From contig SVQX01000002.1 in the NCBI GenBank assembly GCA_015065065.1, positions 10,233-74,232 on the forward strand: a DNA stretch of 64,000 nt. Direction: 5' to 3'. A program made the position numbers and the translations under genes. The notes beneath the pieces are model-generated. The model searched no databases and was not told the origin of the DNA. It saw nothing but the letters and a program-made list of their open reading frames with translations. How positions within the stretch are numbered: position 1 is the first letter of the stretch; every line of letters starts with the position of its first letter. Source of the stretch: Oscillospiraceae bacterium (GTDB lineage: Bacteria; Bacillota; Clostridia; Oscillospirales; CAG-272). This document shows positions 9,687-20,145 of this stretch, in pieces.

Positions 9687-10847
9687 CTAAAAACGCGATT
9701 TTTTGCGTTTTATCAGCAGAATAAGACAGCCGACAAGAAAGAGGATTTTTACCGCCAAGGAAATGAAATCTCCATCGCACATGCCGTAAGCCGAATAAAA
9801 GACAAAATCATCTGCGTTTGCAGATGCTTGAGTGGATAATAGCGAAGGAAAAAAGTGCAGAATTATTCCTGTCAGCACAGCCGAAAGCATACCTTGAAAT
9901 AGTTTTGCGACAAAGTAAGGCTTGAAGGATATTCCACGTCCCGAGCAGATGCTGATTATCTGAAAATGCACCGAAAGCCCCGACCAACCTGCAATCAAAG
10001 AGCAAAGAACGGCGGACGTAAAAGGTGAGCTTGAGCATGCGGCACGGCTGACACCGCCCGATATTTCAAAGAATCCGAAAAGCAACGCTGACAGTGTCTG
10101 TGGAAGCTCCGAAAAGCTTGAAAGCATGCTTGAAAGCGCACCCGTTACGGCGGAGAAAAATATAACGTAAGCGCACACCGTCAGCATACCGCTCGCAGCG
10201 TTGGAAACACTTGAGGTAAATGCTTCGATCCCCGACGGACGTTGAGTGGATCTCGGTAGCTTCAGTGAATATTCACGGCTTGCTTGACAAAGGAGAAACC
10301 GCGCGAAAAATCCTACCGCAAGTCCGCTTGCAAGAACACAGAAATATATAAGAGCACCAACGCTTTTGCTTCCAAGTAGAGTAATACCGACGGCATTGAT
10401 GAGAAAGGCAGAGCTCGGATTGTTGGAAAACGTCATCAGATGCTCTGCTTCTCGCTTTGTGATAGCGCCCTTGTCGTAAAAAGCTACGGCGGTTTTTGCG
10501 CCTATTGGGAAGCCGCAGAGCGAGCCGAGAAAGGCGGCAGAGCAGCCCGCGCCGCTCAAATTAAAAACTCGTCGCATAACGGGAGCTAACAGTCGCCCAA
10601 CCCATTCACCTAAGCCGCTCGTTACCAAAAGCTCGGAAATGACCATAAAGGGAAAGAGGGAGGGAATTACCGTCCGCACGCAGAGGGAGAGTCCGTTTCC
10701 CATGTATTCAATGGCGGCGGAGGAATTTTTCATAATCAGTATAAAGCAAAATCCGCTGAGCAGACAAAAAGCCGTCTGTCCGAAATGAAGGCGTGCCGTC
10801 CGTTTATCCTTATTTTCAATGACACTTATCGACCTTGTGGCTGTCAT
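9687..10847 (-). CDS. ylbJ: sporulation integral membrane protein YlbJ (nucleoside-recognition/Gate domains)
   Basis: 386-aa polytopic membrane protein with YlbJ-like blocks (FPFMVISELL, GFPIGAK). Divergent from yqfC-yqfD. Confidence 0.7.
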   Translation of the reverse strand: MTATRSISVIENKDKRTARLHFGQTAFCLLSGFCFILIMKNSSAAIEYMGNGLSLCVRTVIPSLFPFMVISELLVTSGLGEWVGRLLAPVMRRVFNLSGAGCSAAFLGSLCGFPIGAKTAVAFYDKGAITKREAEHLMTFSNNPSSAFLINAVGITLLGSKSVGALIYFCVLASGLAVGFFARFLLCQASREYSLKLPRSTQRPSGIEAFTSSVSNAASGMLTVCAYVIFFSAVTGALSSMLSSFSELPQTLSALLFGFFEISGGVSRAACSSSPFTSAVLCSLIAGWSGLSVHFQIISICSGRGISFKPYFVAKLFQGMLSAVLTGIILHFFPSLLSTQASANADDFVFYSAYGMCDGDFISLAVKILFLVGCLILLIKRKKSRF

Positions 10848-10863
10848 GTTATCTCCTTTGTCG

Positions 10864-10892
10864 GCATATTGTTAGTTGATGTAACATTATAT
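10864..10892 (+). promoter_or_regulatory. candidate sigma-E type (mother-cell) promoter for yqfC-yqfD
   Basis: GCATATT, 14 nt, CATTATAT. This resembles the SigE consensus as I recall it (kCATATT-14-CATACAnT). Confidence 0.4.
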
Positions 10893-10909
10893 GCGAAAGA
10901 AGGTAAAAC

Positions 10910-11230
10910 ATGAGCCAGGATAAACAGGAAAAGAAGCGCCAGTCGTCACTGTCGGATTGGATGATAGATAGGCTGGATATTCCCGCGGACGTACTCAGCG
11001 GCGGCCTGCGTGCCGAGCTTCGCGGACGCCATTCGCTGACCGTTCACGGCTGTAAAAAAATTGAGGAGTACACCTCAAATTGCATACGGCTGTCCGTCAA
11101 GAAATCAATGCTTTGCGTGCGTGGCTGTGACCTTGTGTGTATCTCCTATCTTGCGGGAGCGGTGGGTATTGAGGGGCGTATAGACTCACTTTCCTTTGAC
11201 GACGGCACGGGAGGCGATAGAGATATATGA
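10910..11230 (+). CDS. yqfC: sporulation protein YqfC (YabP/YqfC family)
   Basis: 106 aa. Family-like L.V.GC..I..Y....I.L pattern. A 4-nt overlap couples it to yqfD. Confidence 0.75.
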   Translation: MSQDKQEKKRQSSLSDWMIDRLDIPADVLSGGLRAELRGRHSLTVHGCKKIEEYTSNCIRLSVKKSMLCVRGCDLVCISYLAGAVGIEGRIDSLSFDDGTGGDRDI

Positions 11231-12405
11231 TCTACGGACTATTTGGATACTGTAAGGTATCGGCAGACTCACAAAATGCACCGCGCCTTTTGAATATATG
11301 CATGCAAAACGGCTATCCGTACAAGGATATCATCACGGACGAATGCGGGAATATATCACTTGTATTTAGGAGGAATGTTTTTGCCCGCGTATATGAAAAA
11401 TGCCTCCTTTGCGGAGTGGAGATAAGTGTTATCGAAAAAGGCGGATTTCCGTATTTTCTCTATCGATACCGATATCGTGCGGGACTTTTGGTGGGTACGA
11501 TGGCGGCGGCAGTGATGGTATTTTATTTTTCAGGTATTATCTGGGACGTGCGCGTCAGCGGAAACGTCAATCTGACTGATACGGAGGTTATCAGCACGCT
11601 TGCCGAGTGCGGCTTCGGTGTTGGATCGCCAAAAACAGATTTTCGTGCCGACGTGCTTGAAAACCGCGTGCTGATAAATGACTCACGAATCGCTTGGATA
11701 TCCGTAAATCTCAAAGGCACCGTCGCACACGTTGAGATACGCGAGAGTGCCAAGCCGAATAATTCTCAAAACGATGCACCCGCCAATATCGTGGCCGCAC
11801 GTAGCGGAGTCATACAGCGCATAGAGCTTGAGGACGGAAACGTGCTTGTTGCAGCCGGGGACAGAGTGAATGAGGGAGAGCTGCTCGTCAGCGGACTTTA
11901 CGACAGTAATATAAGCGGATACCGTTGGACTCATGCTCGCGCCAAGGTGTACGCCAGATGCGTAAGGGAGATAAATATCTATATTCCCAAAACATTTGAG
12001 AGCCGAGTTTATACGGCTGAAAATGAAGCTGAGGTGGAGTATTCGGTAAATTTTTTCGGAAAAGAGATAAAATTTTCAAAAAAGTGTGGAAATGATGAGG
12101 GTAACTGTGATATAATAGAAAAAAGCCGAAGTCTGACGCTCGTCAAGGGCATCAGCTTGCCCTTATCCGTGAATACCGTGTGGCACGTTCCGTATACTGT
12201 AGAAACGCTGACGAGAAGCGACTCACAAATGGAACGGTTAGCTTATTTTGAGCTGTCACAGCGCCTTGCGGAAATACCGGGTGGGGCAGAGCTTATAAAG
12301 AAAACCGTGTCGACCTCATCCGATGAAGGCGGATTTTATCTTTACTGCACAGTGGTGTGCGTTGAGGATATAGCCCGCACGGTGGAGTTTGAGGTCACTC
12401 AATAA
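11227..12405 (+). CDS. yqfD: sporulation protein YqfD
   Basis: 392 aa with one central TM segment. Conserved yqfC-yqfD-phoH gene order. Confidence 0.75.
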   Translation: MIYGLFGYCKVSADSQNAPRLLNICMQNGYPYKDIITDECGNISLVFRRNVFARVYEKCLLCGVEISVIEKGGFPYFLYRYRYRAGLLVGTMAAAVMVFYFSGIIWDVRVSGNVNLTDTEVISTLAECGFGVGSPKTDFRADVLENRVLINDSRIAWISVNLKGTVAHVEIRESAKPNNSQNDAPANIVAARSGVIQRIELEDGNVLVAAGDRVNEGELLVSGLYDSNISGYRWTHARAKVYARCVREINIYIPKTFESRVYTAENEAEVEYSVNFFGKEIKFSKKCGNDEGNCDIIEKSRSLTLVKGISLPLSVNTVWHVPYTVETLTRSDSQMERLAYFELSQRLAEIPGGAELIKKTVSTSSDEGGFYLYCTVVCVEDIARTVEFEVTQ

Positions 12406-12421
12406 AAGCAACGGAGAATTT

Positions 12422-13492
12422 ATGAATCAGAGAATCATTAAAGTTGACAGCGCTGAAATGACGGCGGTCATTTTCGGAAGCTACGATGCAAACGCGCGGA
12501 TAATCGAGGATTTGTTCCGCGTGATCCTCCGCAACCGATCTACGGACGAGGGGGACAGTATACTTATTTCGGGCGAAGATATGGAGGCGGTCAACGCCGC
12601 CGCCGCGACTGTGGAGTATTTGCGTAATATGGCGCAGTACAACAGCGAGATAACCGACCAGAACGTGCGGTACGTTGCGGGCATGATATCAGATGGCAAT
12701 CGTGCCGAGCTTGACGATATCGGCTCGGATTGCATTTGCGTTACCACTAAAGGGAAGCCTATCAAGGCAAAAACCGTCGGACAGAGGAGATACGTTGACG
12801 CAATAAGGAAAAACACCATAGTCTTAGGTGTAGGTCCTGCGGGAACGGGTAAGACCTTTCTTGCCGTTGCCATGGCTGTAAAGGCGTTGCGCGACAAGCA
12901 GGTATCGCGTATTCTACTCTCACGCCCTGCTATCGAGGCTGGCGAAAAGCTGGGCTTTCTGCCGGGTGATCTGCAAAGCAAGATAGACCCCTATCTGCGT
13001 CCGCTGTACGATGCACTCTACGAAATGCTCGGTCCCGAGACCTACCAAAAGCTTGCGGAAAAGGGAACTATCGAGATAGCCCCTCTTGCATATATGCGAG
13101 GTAGAACGCTTGACGATTCATTTATCATACTTGACGAGGCGCAGAATGCAACGCCCGAGCAGATGAAAATGTTTCTGACCCGACTTGGCTTCAATTCAAA
13201 GATGGTGGTCACAGGTGACCTCACGCAGACCGACCTGCCGAGCGGTCAGCGATCGGGACTTGCTTCTGTCGTCAAAATTCTTGACGGAATTGACGATATC
13301 GCGATTCATCATTTTACCGAAAAGGACGTAGTACGACATCACTTGGTACAAAAGATAATTCTGGCTTACGAGAAATTTGACAGAGAAAACGCCCGCCGTG
13401 CGGCGGAAAAGGAAAACGCCAGACGTGAATCTCGCCGCGACGGACAAAAATACCGCTTTGAAAAATCGGGCGAATTCGGCAAAAATAAGTAA
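12422..13492 (+). CDS. phoH: PhoH-family ATPase
   Basis: Walker A GPAGTGKTFLAV, ILDEAQN and DLTQTDLP motifs. Start at ATG 12422 after a GGAGA RBS. The basic C-terminal tail has an ENARR repeat. Confidence 0.9.
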   Translation: MNQRIIKVDSAEMTAVIFGSYDANARIIEDLFRVILRNRSTDEGDSILISGEDMEAVNAAAATVEYLRNMAQYNSEITDQNVRYVAGMISDGNRAELDDIGSDCICVTTKGKPIKAKTVGQRRYVDAIRKNTIVLGVGPAGTGKTFLAVAMAVKALRDKQVSRILLSRPAIEAGEKLGFLPGDLQSKIDPYLRPLYDALYEMLGPETYQKLAEKGTIEIAPLAYMRGRTLDDSFIILDEAQNATPEQMKMFLTRLGFNSKMVVTGDLTQTDLPSGQRSGLASVVKILDGIDDIAIHHFTEKDVVRHHLVQKIILAYEKFDRENARRAAEKENARRESRRDGQKYRFEKSGEFGKNK

Positions 13493-13506
13493 AGGAATAT
13501 TGAAAA

Positions 13507-16443
13507 ATGAATCTTGAAATCGGAAAAAATTATTACGGCTTTGAGGTCGTCGAGAGCGGCGATATCAAGCAGGTGGGCGTAAAATATTGGCGACTCGTAC
13601 ACAAAGCGAGCGGTGCAAGCCTTATCTACACCGACCGTGACGACGGTCAGCTTGTATTCTCGGCGGGCTTCCGCACGCTTCCCGAGGACGATACGGGTGT
13701 GTTTCATATCCTTGAGCATTCCTGTCTTGACGGCTCTGAGAATTACCGACTCAAAGAGCCATTTGTCAACATTATCTGTTCCTCTCTCGCCGTTGATCTC
13801 AACGCAGTAACTTACCCCGACAAAACTATATATTACTACATCTCCACCAATGAAAAGGACTACATGAATCTTATGTCCGTGTATCTTGATGCGGTGTTTC
13901 ATCCGCTACTCCTGACGGACAGACGGATATTTGAAAAGGAGGCGTGGCATCTTGAGCCTGACTCAAACGGCGGCGTTGTTTATAACGGCGTTGTATTCAA
14001 CGAGATGCAGGGACATGAGAATATGCCCGACAGTATTTTAGAGCATGCTCTTGAAGCGTCGCTCTTTCCTAATAATTGTTATGCCAAGGATTCGGGCGGA
14101 CGTCCCACGGCTATTCCCGAGCTTACCTACGAGCAGTTTTGCGAAACCTACAAGCGCTTTTACAGCACCGAAAACTGCACGATCTATATGTCGGGTAAAA
14201 TGAGCCTTTCGGAGCAGCTCGAATACATAGACGGTGTGCTTTGCGGTGTTCCGAAATACGGCTATGATACACCGGCGCCGATTGCGGCGCATCATCCCGT
14301 CGTAGCACCGGACGTGCGTGTCGCGTATCAGCTTCCGGAGGGTGATTCTCCCACTATGAATACAAAGCTTGCCTTGGCTTGTGTGCTTGGCAACGGTGAG
14401 GATGGCGCGGATATACTCGGTATGAAAATTCTTTCCGATTATATGGCGCAGACACCCACGTCCCCCTTGTCAAAAGCAGTGCTTGATGCAAATATCGGTC
14501 AGGACTTCTCTATGTTCTGCGAAGGATATTACCGCCAGCCTGCCGTAATATTCATGCTCGGAAAGAGCGAGGAGAAGAATGCGGAAAAATTCAAGGACAC
14601 TGTCCTTAAAGCTCTCTCGGATTTTATCCGAAACGGACTTGATCGCGCTCGTCTTGACGATCTGCTTGATAACAATGAGATCGACAGTCGACGTCAGTCA
14701 CTGTCTGTTCGGACGGGCTATGCACTTATGGAAAGCATGCTTCGTGACATGACGCAGTTTGGCTATATCCGAAGCGACGACGCCTTGGAGGCATTGCGTG
14801 CAAAACTGTCGTCCGACGGTAAGTATTTCGAGCATCTAATTGAAAAATATATCCTTGATAGCAAGCATTGGACGCTTGTTCGTTGCGTTCCGTCTAATAC
14901 TGTAATGGACGAAAAAAAGGCTTATATGAAGGCAAAGCTTGACGCGGAGGCTGATAAGCTCAACGCAAGCGAAGGCGCTTATGAAGCCTTGTGCGAGCAT
15001 ATAAGGGCATTCAAGGAATATCTCGGCGCGCCCGACTCATCGGCAGCCGTTGCAAGCATACCGCATCTTGCACTTTCGGACATAAGCCGCGAAAATCGCT
15101 TGAGAGATATGACGGAGAGCCGAGCAGCTCTGAAAAATGGCAAGGAAATAACCTCCTTGCTTTACGGCGGAAGCTCCTTGGGAATAATAGTTGCGGGATT
15201 TGTTTTTGACCTCAAAAAAATATCGGCTGACGATCTTTTCTATGCTTCCTGCCTGTCACGGGCGCTGTTTTCACTTCCCACGGACAAGCATACTGCACCC
15301 GAGCTGAACGATATGTGGGTAAAGCTGAAGGCTAAAACAGATGCTGTCACACACTCGCACCATATCAGCGGCGGAGCAGGCGTGCTTCTTGACGTCAATC
15401 TCAATATGCCTGTCGAGAGTATTACAGCTGCTGCTACTTTGCTTGAGGAGTGCCTGACCTCCGTATCCTTTGACCGCGAGATCATAACCCGACTCTTTTC
15501 CAACAGCTCGTCCGTGAAGGATGAAATGATATGGGGCGGTAGTCAGACGGCGGCAAATTATGCATCCAGATGCCTGAACCTTGCCGACGCCTACCGCGAC
15601 AAGCTCTCCGGTGTGTCATTTTACCAAAGGCTAAAATCCGTGTCCGACAGTATATCCGACAAGGATGGGGAGTACGATGAGAACGTTGATACGCTGATTG
15701 CGGGAATGGAACGTGTATACGGTATTTTGTTTGGCAGTGGTGATCCTGTGGCATACTTTATCGGCGACGACAAATATTACTCCGAATGGACGAATTGCTT
15801 GTCAAATATAGACATTTGCGACGGCAACGCAGCTGACGACGCAGATTTCGAGATACCGATAGCGGCTGACCGTGCTCTCGCCATCAGCGGAGACGTGAAT
15901 TACTGTGCCAAGGTCTACGACGCAAAGTCGGCGGGCTATACCGTTACAAATCGCTACCTTCCCGTGTGCCGCTATATTTACGGTAAATATATGTGGGACG
16001 AGGTAAGAGCAAAGGGCGGCGCATACGGCGCGGGAGTTAACGTCACTCGCTTTGGACTTGTCAAGCTGTATTCCTACCGCGACCCGCGAGTCAAGGAAAC
16101 GTATGACGTGTTTGCCGAGCTTCCCGCTTGGCTTGAAAATAATATCCCGTCCCGCGACGAGATAGAGAAAAATATCATCAGCTGTGCCAGCAATGCTTGC
16201 TTTGAGCCCATGAGTATTCTGGACGAGGGCAAGGGCGCTCTGTCAAGATATTTGCGCTCTAAAACTGCGGAGGAAACGTGGAGCTTGGTGACGGAGATAT
16301 TCGATACCACCGAGCAGGATTTCCGCGATTTTGCTCAAATGCTTCGAGGACTTGACGAAATGCGCGCGGGTGTCAGCTCCACCCTGGGCAACAGAGCCCG
16401 TATGGAGGACAGCGCGCTCTTTAAAGAAATAACGGAATTATAA
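13507..16443 (+). CDS. M16-family (insulinase/PreP-like) zinc peptidase
   Basis: Inverted zinc motif HILEH, 978 aa, four-domain-size protein. Confidence 0.8.
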   Translation: MNLEIGKNYYGFEVVESGDIKQVGVKYWRLVHKASGASLIYTDRDDGQLVFSAGFRTLPEDDTGVFHILEHSCLDGSENYRLKEPFVNIICSSLAVDLNAVTYPDKTIYYYISTNEKDYMNLMSVYLDAVFHPLLLTDRRIFEKEAWHLEPDSNGGVVYNGVVFNEMQGHENMPDSILEHALEASLFPNNCYAKDSGGRPTAIPELTYEQFCETYKRFYSTENCTIYMSGKMSLSEQLEYIDGVLCGVPKYGYDTPAPIAAHHPVVAPDVRVAYQLPEGDSPTMNTKLALACVLGNGEDGADILGMKILSDYMAQTPTSPLSKAVLDANIGQDFSMFCEGYYRQPAVIFMLGKSEEKNAEKFKDTVLKALSDFIRNGLDRARLDDLLDNNEIDSRRQSLSVRTGYALMESMLRDMTQFGYIRSDDALEALRAKLSSDGKYFEHLIEKYILDSKHWTLVRCVPSNTVMDEKKAYMKAKLDAEADKLNASEGAYEALCEHIRAFKEYLGAPDSSAAVASIPHLALSDISRENRLRDMTESRAALKNGKEITSLLYGGSSLGIIVAGFVFDLKKISADDLFYASCLSRALFSLPTDKHTAPELNDMWVKLKAKTDAVTHSHHISGGAGVLLDVNLNMPVESITAAATLLEECLTSVSFDREIITRLFSNSSSVKDEMIWGGSQTAANYASRCLNLADAYRDKLSGVSFYQRLKSVSDSISDKDGEYDENVDTLIAGMERVYGILFGSGDPVAYFIGDDKYYSEWTNCLSNIDICDGNAADDADFEIPIAADRALAISGDVNYCAKVYDAKSAGYTVTNRYLPVCRYIYGKYMWDEVRAKGGAYGAGVNVTRFGLVKLYSYRDPRVKETYDVFAELPAWLENNIPSRDEIEKNIISCASNACFEPMSILDEGKGALSRYLRSKTAEETWSLVTEIFDTTEQDFRDFAQMLRGLDEMRAGVSSTLGNRARMEDSALFKEITEL

Positions 16444-16453
16444 CGGAGGCAGT

Positions 16454-16852
16454 ATGGCTGCAAAGAAAAATAAAAGACTTTTTTCGGAACGCGAAGAGAA
16501 AAAACTGACAAACACCCTGCAAAAGGCAATATCCAAGGATAAGCAGTATAAAAAAACGGTCAAAGGTATGAACGTCACCCTGTCAGCACAAGCACTCTCC
16601 CTTATCGCGGGCAGTGCGGCAAGGGCTGTCGTCAAAGCCGCAAATACTAACGCGGAAAAGAAAAAGAGCGGATTTGACGTGTACTGTGACCTTGTTTCCG
16701 CATTTGCAAAGGTACGAAAAAAGAGTCAAAAAGCTCGCCTCAAGGCAGGGAAGTACAACAAAAAAACAGGACTTACACATCTTTCCAAAATTCCGAAGGT
16801 CAAGAAAGCCAAGCGCAATAAGGCGTATAAAATCAGAAAAATAAAAAAATGA
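16454..16852 (+). CDS. hypothetical highly basic (Lys-rich) protein
   Basis: The ORF fills the entire gap between the peptidase and SDR genes. ATG is preceded by GGAGG. By my count 33 Lys and 7 Arg out of 132 residues. No recognisable family. Confidence 0.6.
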   Translation: MAAKKNKRLFSEREEKKLTNTLQKAISKDKQYKKTVKGMNVTLSAQALSLIAGSAARAVVKAANTNAEKKKSGFDVYCDLVSAFAKVRKKSQKARLKAGKYNKKTGLTHLSKIPKVKKAKRNKAYKIRKIKK

Positions 16853-16864
16853 GGATGTGCTGAT

Positions 16865-17623
16865 ATGAAAATTGCCGTAATTACTGGTGCTTCGTCGGGA
16901 ATGGGAAAGGAATTCGTGCTTCAGCTTGATAAGCGTGAGAGCTTTGACGAGCTGTGGCTTATCGCAAGACGAGCCGATAGGCTCGAAGCGATAGATGCGC
17001 TCACCACTGCCAAGGTACGGGCAATACCGCTTGATCTGTGCAACTCGGAAAGCTTTGACATCTATAAAAAGCTTCTGGAGGAATATAAACCGAATGTCAA
17101 GGTGCTTATCAATGCAAGCGGATTTGGTAAGTTCGGAGCCTTTGAGGATATTCCGCTTGACGATCAGCTTTCCATGATAGATCTCAACGACAAGGCTCTC
17201 GTTGCAATTACCTATATTACCTTGCCGTATATGCAAAAGGGAAGCGAGATATTCCAGGTTGACTCGCTCTCTTCCTTCCAGCCTGTTCCGTATATTGGAG
17301 TTTACGGAGCAACGAAGGCGTTTGTGCTCAGCTTTTCAAGAGCGTTAAACGTAGAATTGCGGCAAAAGGGAGTCCGCGTTATGGCGGTATGTCCCGGTTG
17401 GGTGCGCACCGAGTTTTTTGACCGTGCAGTTACTGACGACACCATCAAGTACTACAATAAATTTTTCGACGCGGATGAGGTGGTTACCCGCGCGCTGTCG
17501 GATATGAAAAAGGGTAAGGATGTGTCCGTCTGCGGTGCGTCTATTCGAGGGCAAGTGCTGATGACTAAGCTCTTACCCCACAAATTGGTTATGAGGATCT
17601 GGTGCAAGCAACAGAAAAAATAA
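16865..17623 (+). CDS. short-chain dehydrogenase/reductase (SDR)
   Basis: TGASSGMG cofactor motif and catalytic YGATKAF. Confidence 0.85.
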   Translation: MKIAVITGASSGMGKEFVLQLDKRESFDELWLIARRADRLEAIDALTTAKVRAIPLDLCNSESFDIYKKLLEEYKPNVKVLINASGFGKFGAFEDIPLDDQLSMIDLNDKALVAITYITLPYMQKGSEIFQVDSLSSFQPVPYIGVYGATKAFVLSFSRALNVELRQKGVRVMAVCPGWVRTEFFDRAVTDDTIKYYNKFFDADEVVTRALSDMKKGKDVSVCGASIRGQVLMTKLLPHKLVMRIWCKQQKK

Positions 17624-17625
17624 AA

Positions 17626-17675
17626 ATTACCGCCACCCGCGTTTGAACTTTGCGGGCGGCGGTAATTTATTTTTC
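17626..17675. terminator. bidirectional intrinsic terminator (SDR / clpC)
   Basis: 15-bp stem ATTACCGCCACCCGC / GCGGGCGGCGGTAAT flanked by A-run and T-run. It abuts the clpC stop codon. Confidence 0.8.
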
Positions 17676-20123
17676 TATACTGTATACGATCTTTCCGTCC
17701 TTGACGGTCGCCATTATGCGGTCACCGACTTTAATACCTTTTTCAAGTATCAGCTCTGTCAGACCGTCCTCTATAAGACGTACCGAGGCGCGTCTTACGG
17801 GGCGAGCACCGCGGTTTTCCTTGATGGCGACGTCCACCACGAGATCGATTACCGAGTCGTCCAGCTCCACGCGGATACCGATATCCGAGGCGCGTTGCTT
17901 AATCTCAGCGACTGCTCTCTCTGCAATTTTTAAAAGCTCCGCGCGGTCAAGACTTTCAAAGCATATTATTTCATCGATTCTGTTGATGAATTCCGGACGA
18001 AAGGCTTGACGGAAGGCGGATAACATTTTCTCTCGGCGGATGGAGTGGACGGAATTTTGTCCACATTGCGAGTCCGAGAATCCCGTTATCGTTTTGCCTA
18101 CCTCCGAACCCGAGCCGAGATTGGAAGTCATAATGATAACGCAGTTTTTAAAATGCACGCGCCTACCGCCCGAGTCGGATAATATTCCATCGTCAAGTAT
18201 TTGCAAAAAGATGTTTTGCACATCGTGATGAGCCTTTTCGATCTCGTCGAACAGTATAACAGAATACGGATGTCTGCGTACCTGCTCGGTAAGTCTGCCC
18301 CCCTCGTCAAAGCCGACATAACCGGGCGGAGAGCCGATAAGCTTTGCCACACTGTGCTTTTCCATATACTCAGACATATCAAAGCGTATCAATGAGCTTT
18401 CACTGCCGAAAAGACACTTGCACAATACCTTTGACATATATGTCTTGCCCACTCCGCTCTCGCCGAGAAATACGAAAGAGCCAATGGGACGGTTGGGATT
18501 GGCAAGTCCGGTCCGTCCGCGCTTGATAGCTCTGACGATTGTCGCAATAGCCGCATCCTGTCCCGTGATTTCGGCTTTCAACTCATCCTCAAGATGCAAA
18601 AGACGCGTGTCAACGCCCTCCAAAAGCCGAGCGGAGGGAACGGTAGTCAACTGTGTGACCATATCTGCAATATCCTTGGGCGTTACGGTGAATTTTTCTC
18701 GCTCGCCGAAGTCGTTGGCTCTTTTGTCGCGTAGCTGCTGCTGTATCGCGTCCTCGCTGTCACGCAGATGCGCGGCAAGCTCGAAGTCCTGAGCCTTTAT
18801 TGCGCGAAGCTTTTCATTTTCAAGCTCCTTTAATCTTAACTCCAATCGCTTTATTTCAGGCGGTATGCTGTACGCACGTATGCGCACGCGCGACGCTGCC
18901 TCGTCGATAAGATCAAGTGCCTTGTCGGGCAGAAATTTGTCGTGAATATAACGAATCGACAGGTCTAAGGCGGCAATTAGTGCCTCGTCGGAGATCTTGA
19001 CCTTGTGATGAGCCTCATATTTTTCACGAAGTCCTCGCAAAATTTCAAGCGCCTCGTCCCGATCGGGTTCTTCTACCGTCACGGGCTGGAAACGTCTTTC
19101 GAGGGCGGGATCCTTTTCGATATGCCGCCTGTATTCCTCCTGCGTCGTCGCCCCTATAAGGTGTAATTCGCCGCGCGCAAGAGCAGGCTTGATTATATTA
19201 GCGGCATCTACAGCACCCTCTGCCGCACCTGCGCCGACTATGGTGTGTATCTCGTCGATGAACAGTATTATCTGCGGATCGTTTCGCGCCTCCTGCATTA
19301 CGTTTTTTAAGCGCTCCTCAAATTCTCCGCGATATTTTGCACCCGCTATCATGGAGGGAATATCCAGGGTAATAATGCGCTTGTCTCGCAGAGAATCGGG
19401 AATATTTCCCGCGTGGATTCGCTGTGCAAGTCCTTCAATGACCGCAGTTTTTCCAACGCCGGGCTCACCGATAAGGCAAGGATTGTTTTTGGTTCTGCGC
19501 GATAATACCTGGATTACCCGCTCCGTCTCCTTGTCGCGTCCGATAACAGGGTCTATCTTGCCAAGCTCGGCAAGCGCGGTAAGATCCCGCCCAAACTGAT
19601 TTACGGAGGATGACGATACACCCTTTGAGCCGCTTTTTTTGGATTGTCCCTCGTGCATAATATCACGAACAGACTCCGCATCCTCCGCACCTGCTCCGAT
19701 ATAGCTTTGAGTCCTTTTTTGCAGCTCGTCGATGGAAATGCCGAGGTTTTCAAGTATCCTTATCGCTACACAGCCGTCCTCGTCCAAAAGCGAGTAAAGT
19801 ATATGCTCCGTGCCGACCAATGCTCCGTCGGCTCTGCCGGTGTGATTTGCGGAATTGGCGATAATGGTTCGGGAGCGGGGGGTTATATCGGCGGAGGAGA
19901 GCTGCGTTTTTTCTCCCTCTCCCGACAGCTCTGAAACGGCGCTTCGTATTTTTTCGGCAGACGCGCCGCGCTCGCTGAGTATTTTTGAGGCTACACATTC
20001 ACTGCACTCCGCAAGTCCTATCAGAATATGCTCCGAGCCGATATACGTGTGTCCCATGTCGGATGCCGCCCTCTGCGCACCCTCAAGCGCCCTTGACGCA
20101 AGTTGAGTGAATTTATTTGGCAT
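17667..20123 (-). CDS. clpC: ATP-dependent Clp protease ATP-binding subunit ClpC
   Basis: 818 aa. Two Clp_N repeats (GSEHIL, GTEHIL), two AAA+ modules ([16 protein letters not shown]) and a UVR-like linker. Confidence 0.95.
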   Translation of the reverse strand: MPNKFTQLASRALEGAQRAASDMGHTYIGSEHILIGLAECSECVASKILSERGASAEKIRSAVSELSGEGEKTQLSSADITPRSRTIIANSANHTGRADGALVGTEHILYSLLDEDGCVAIRILENLGISIDELQKRTQSYIGAGAEDAESVRDIMHEGQSKKSGSKGVSSSSVNQFGRDLTALAELGKIDPVIGRDKETERVIQVLSRRTKNNPCLIGEPGVGKTAVIEGLAQRIHAGNIPDSLRDKRIITLDIPSMIAGAKYRGEFEERLKNVMQEARNDPQIILFIDEIHTIVGAGAAEGAVDAANIIKPALARGELHLIGATTQEEYRRHIEKDPALERRFQPVTVEEPDRDEALEILRGLREKYEAHHKVKISDEALIAALDLSIRYIHDKFLPDKALDLIDEAASRVRIRAYSIPPEIKRLELRLKELENEKLRAIKAQDFELAAHLRDSEDAIQQQLRDKRANDFGEREKFTVTPKDIADMVTQLTTVPSARLLEGVDTRLLHLEDELKAEITGQDAAIATIVRAIKRGRTGLANPNRPIGSFVFLGESGVGKTYMSKVLCKCLFGSESSLIRFDMSEYMEKHSVAKLIGSPPGYVGFDEGGRLTEQVRRHPYSVILFDEIEKAHHDVQNIFLQILDDGILSDSGGRRVHFKNCVIIMTSNLGSGSEVGKTITGFSDSQCGQNSVHSIRREKMLSAFRQAFRPEFINRIDEIICFESLDRAELLKIAERAVAEIKQRASDIGIRVELDDSVIDLVVDVAIKENRGARPVRRASVRLIEDGLTELILEKGIKVGDRIMATVKDGKIVYSIEK

Positions 20124-20145
20124 TATCTTTTCCTTTCAAAGGGTG

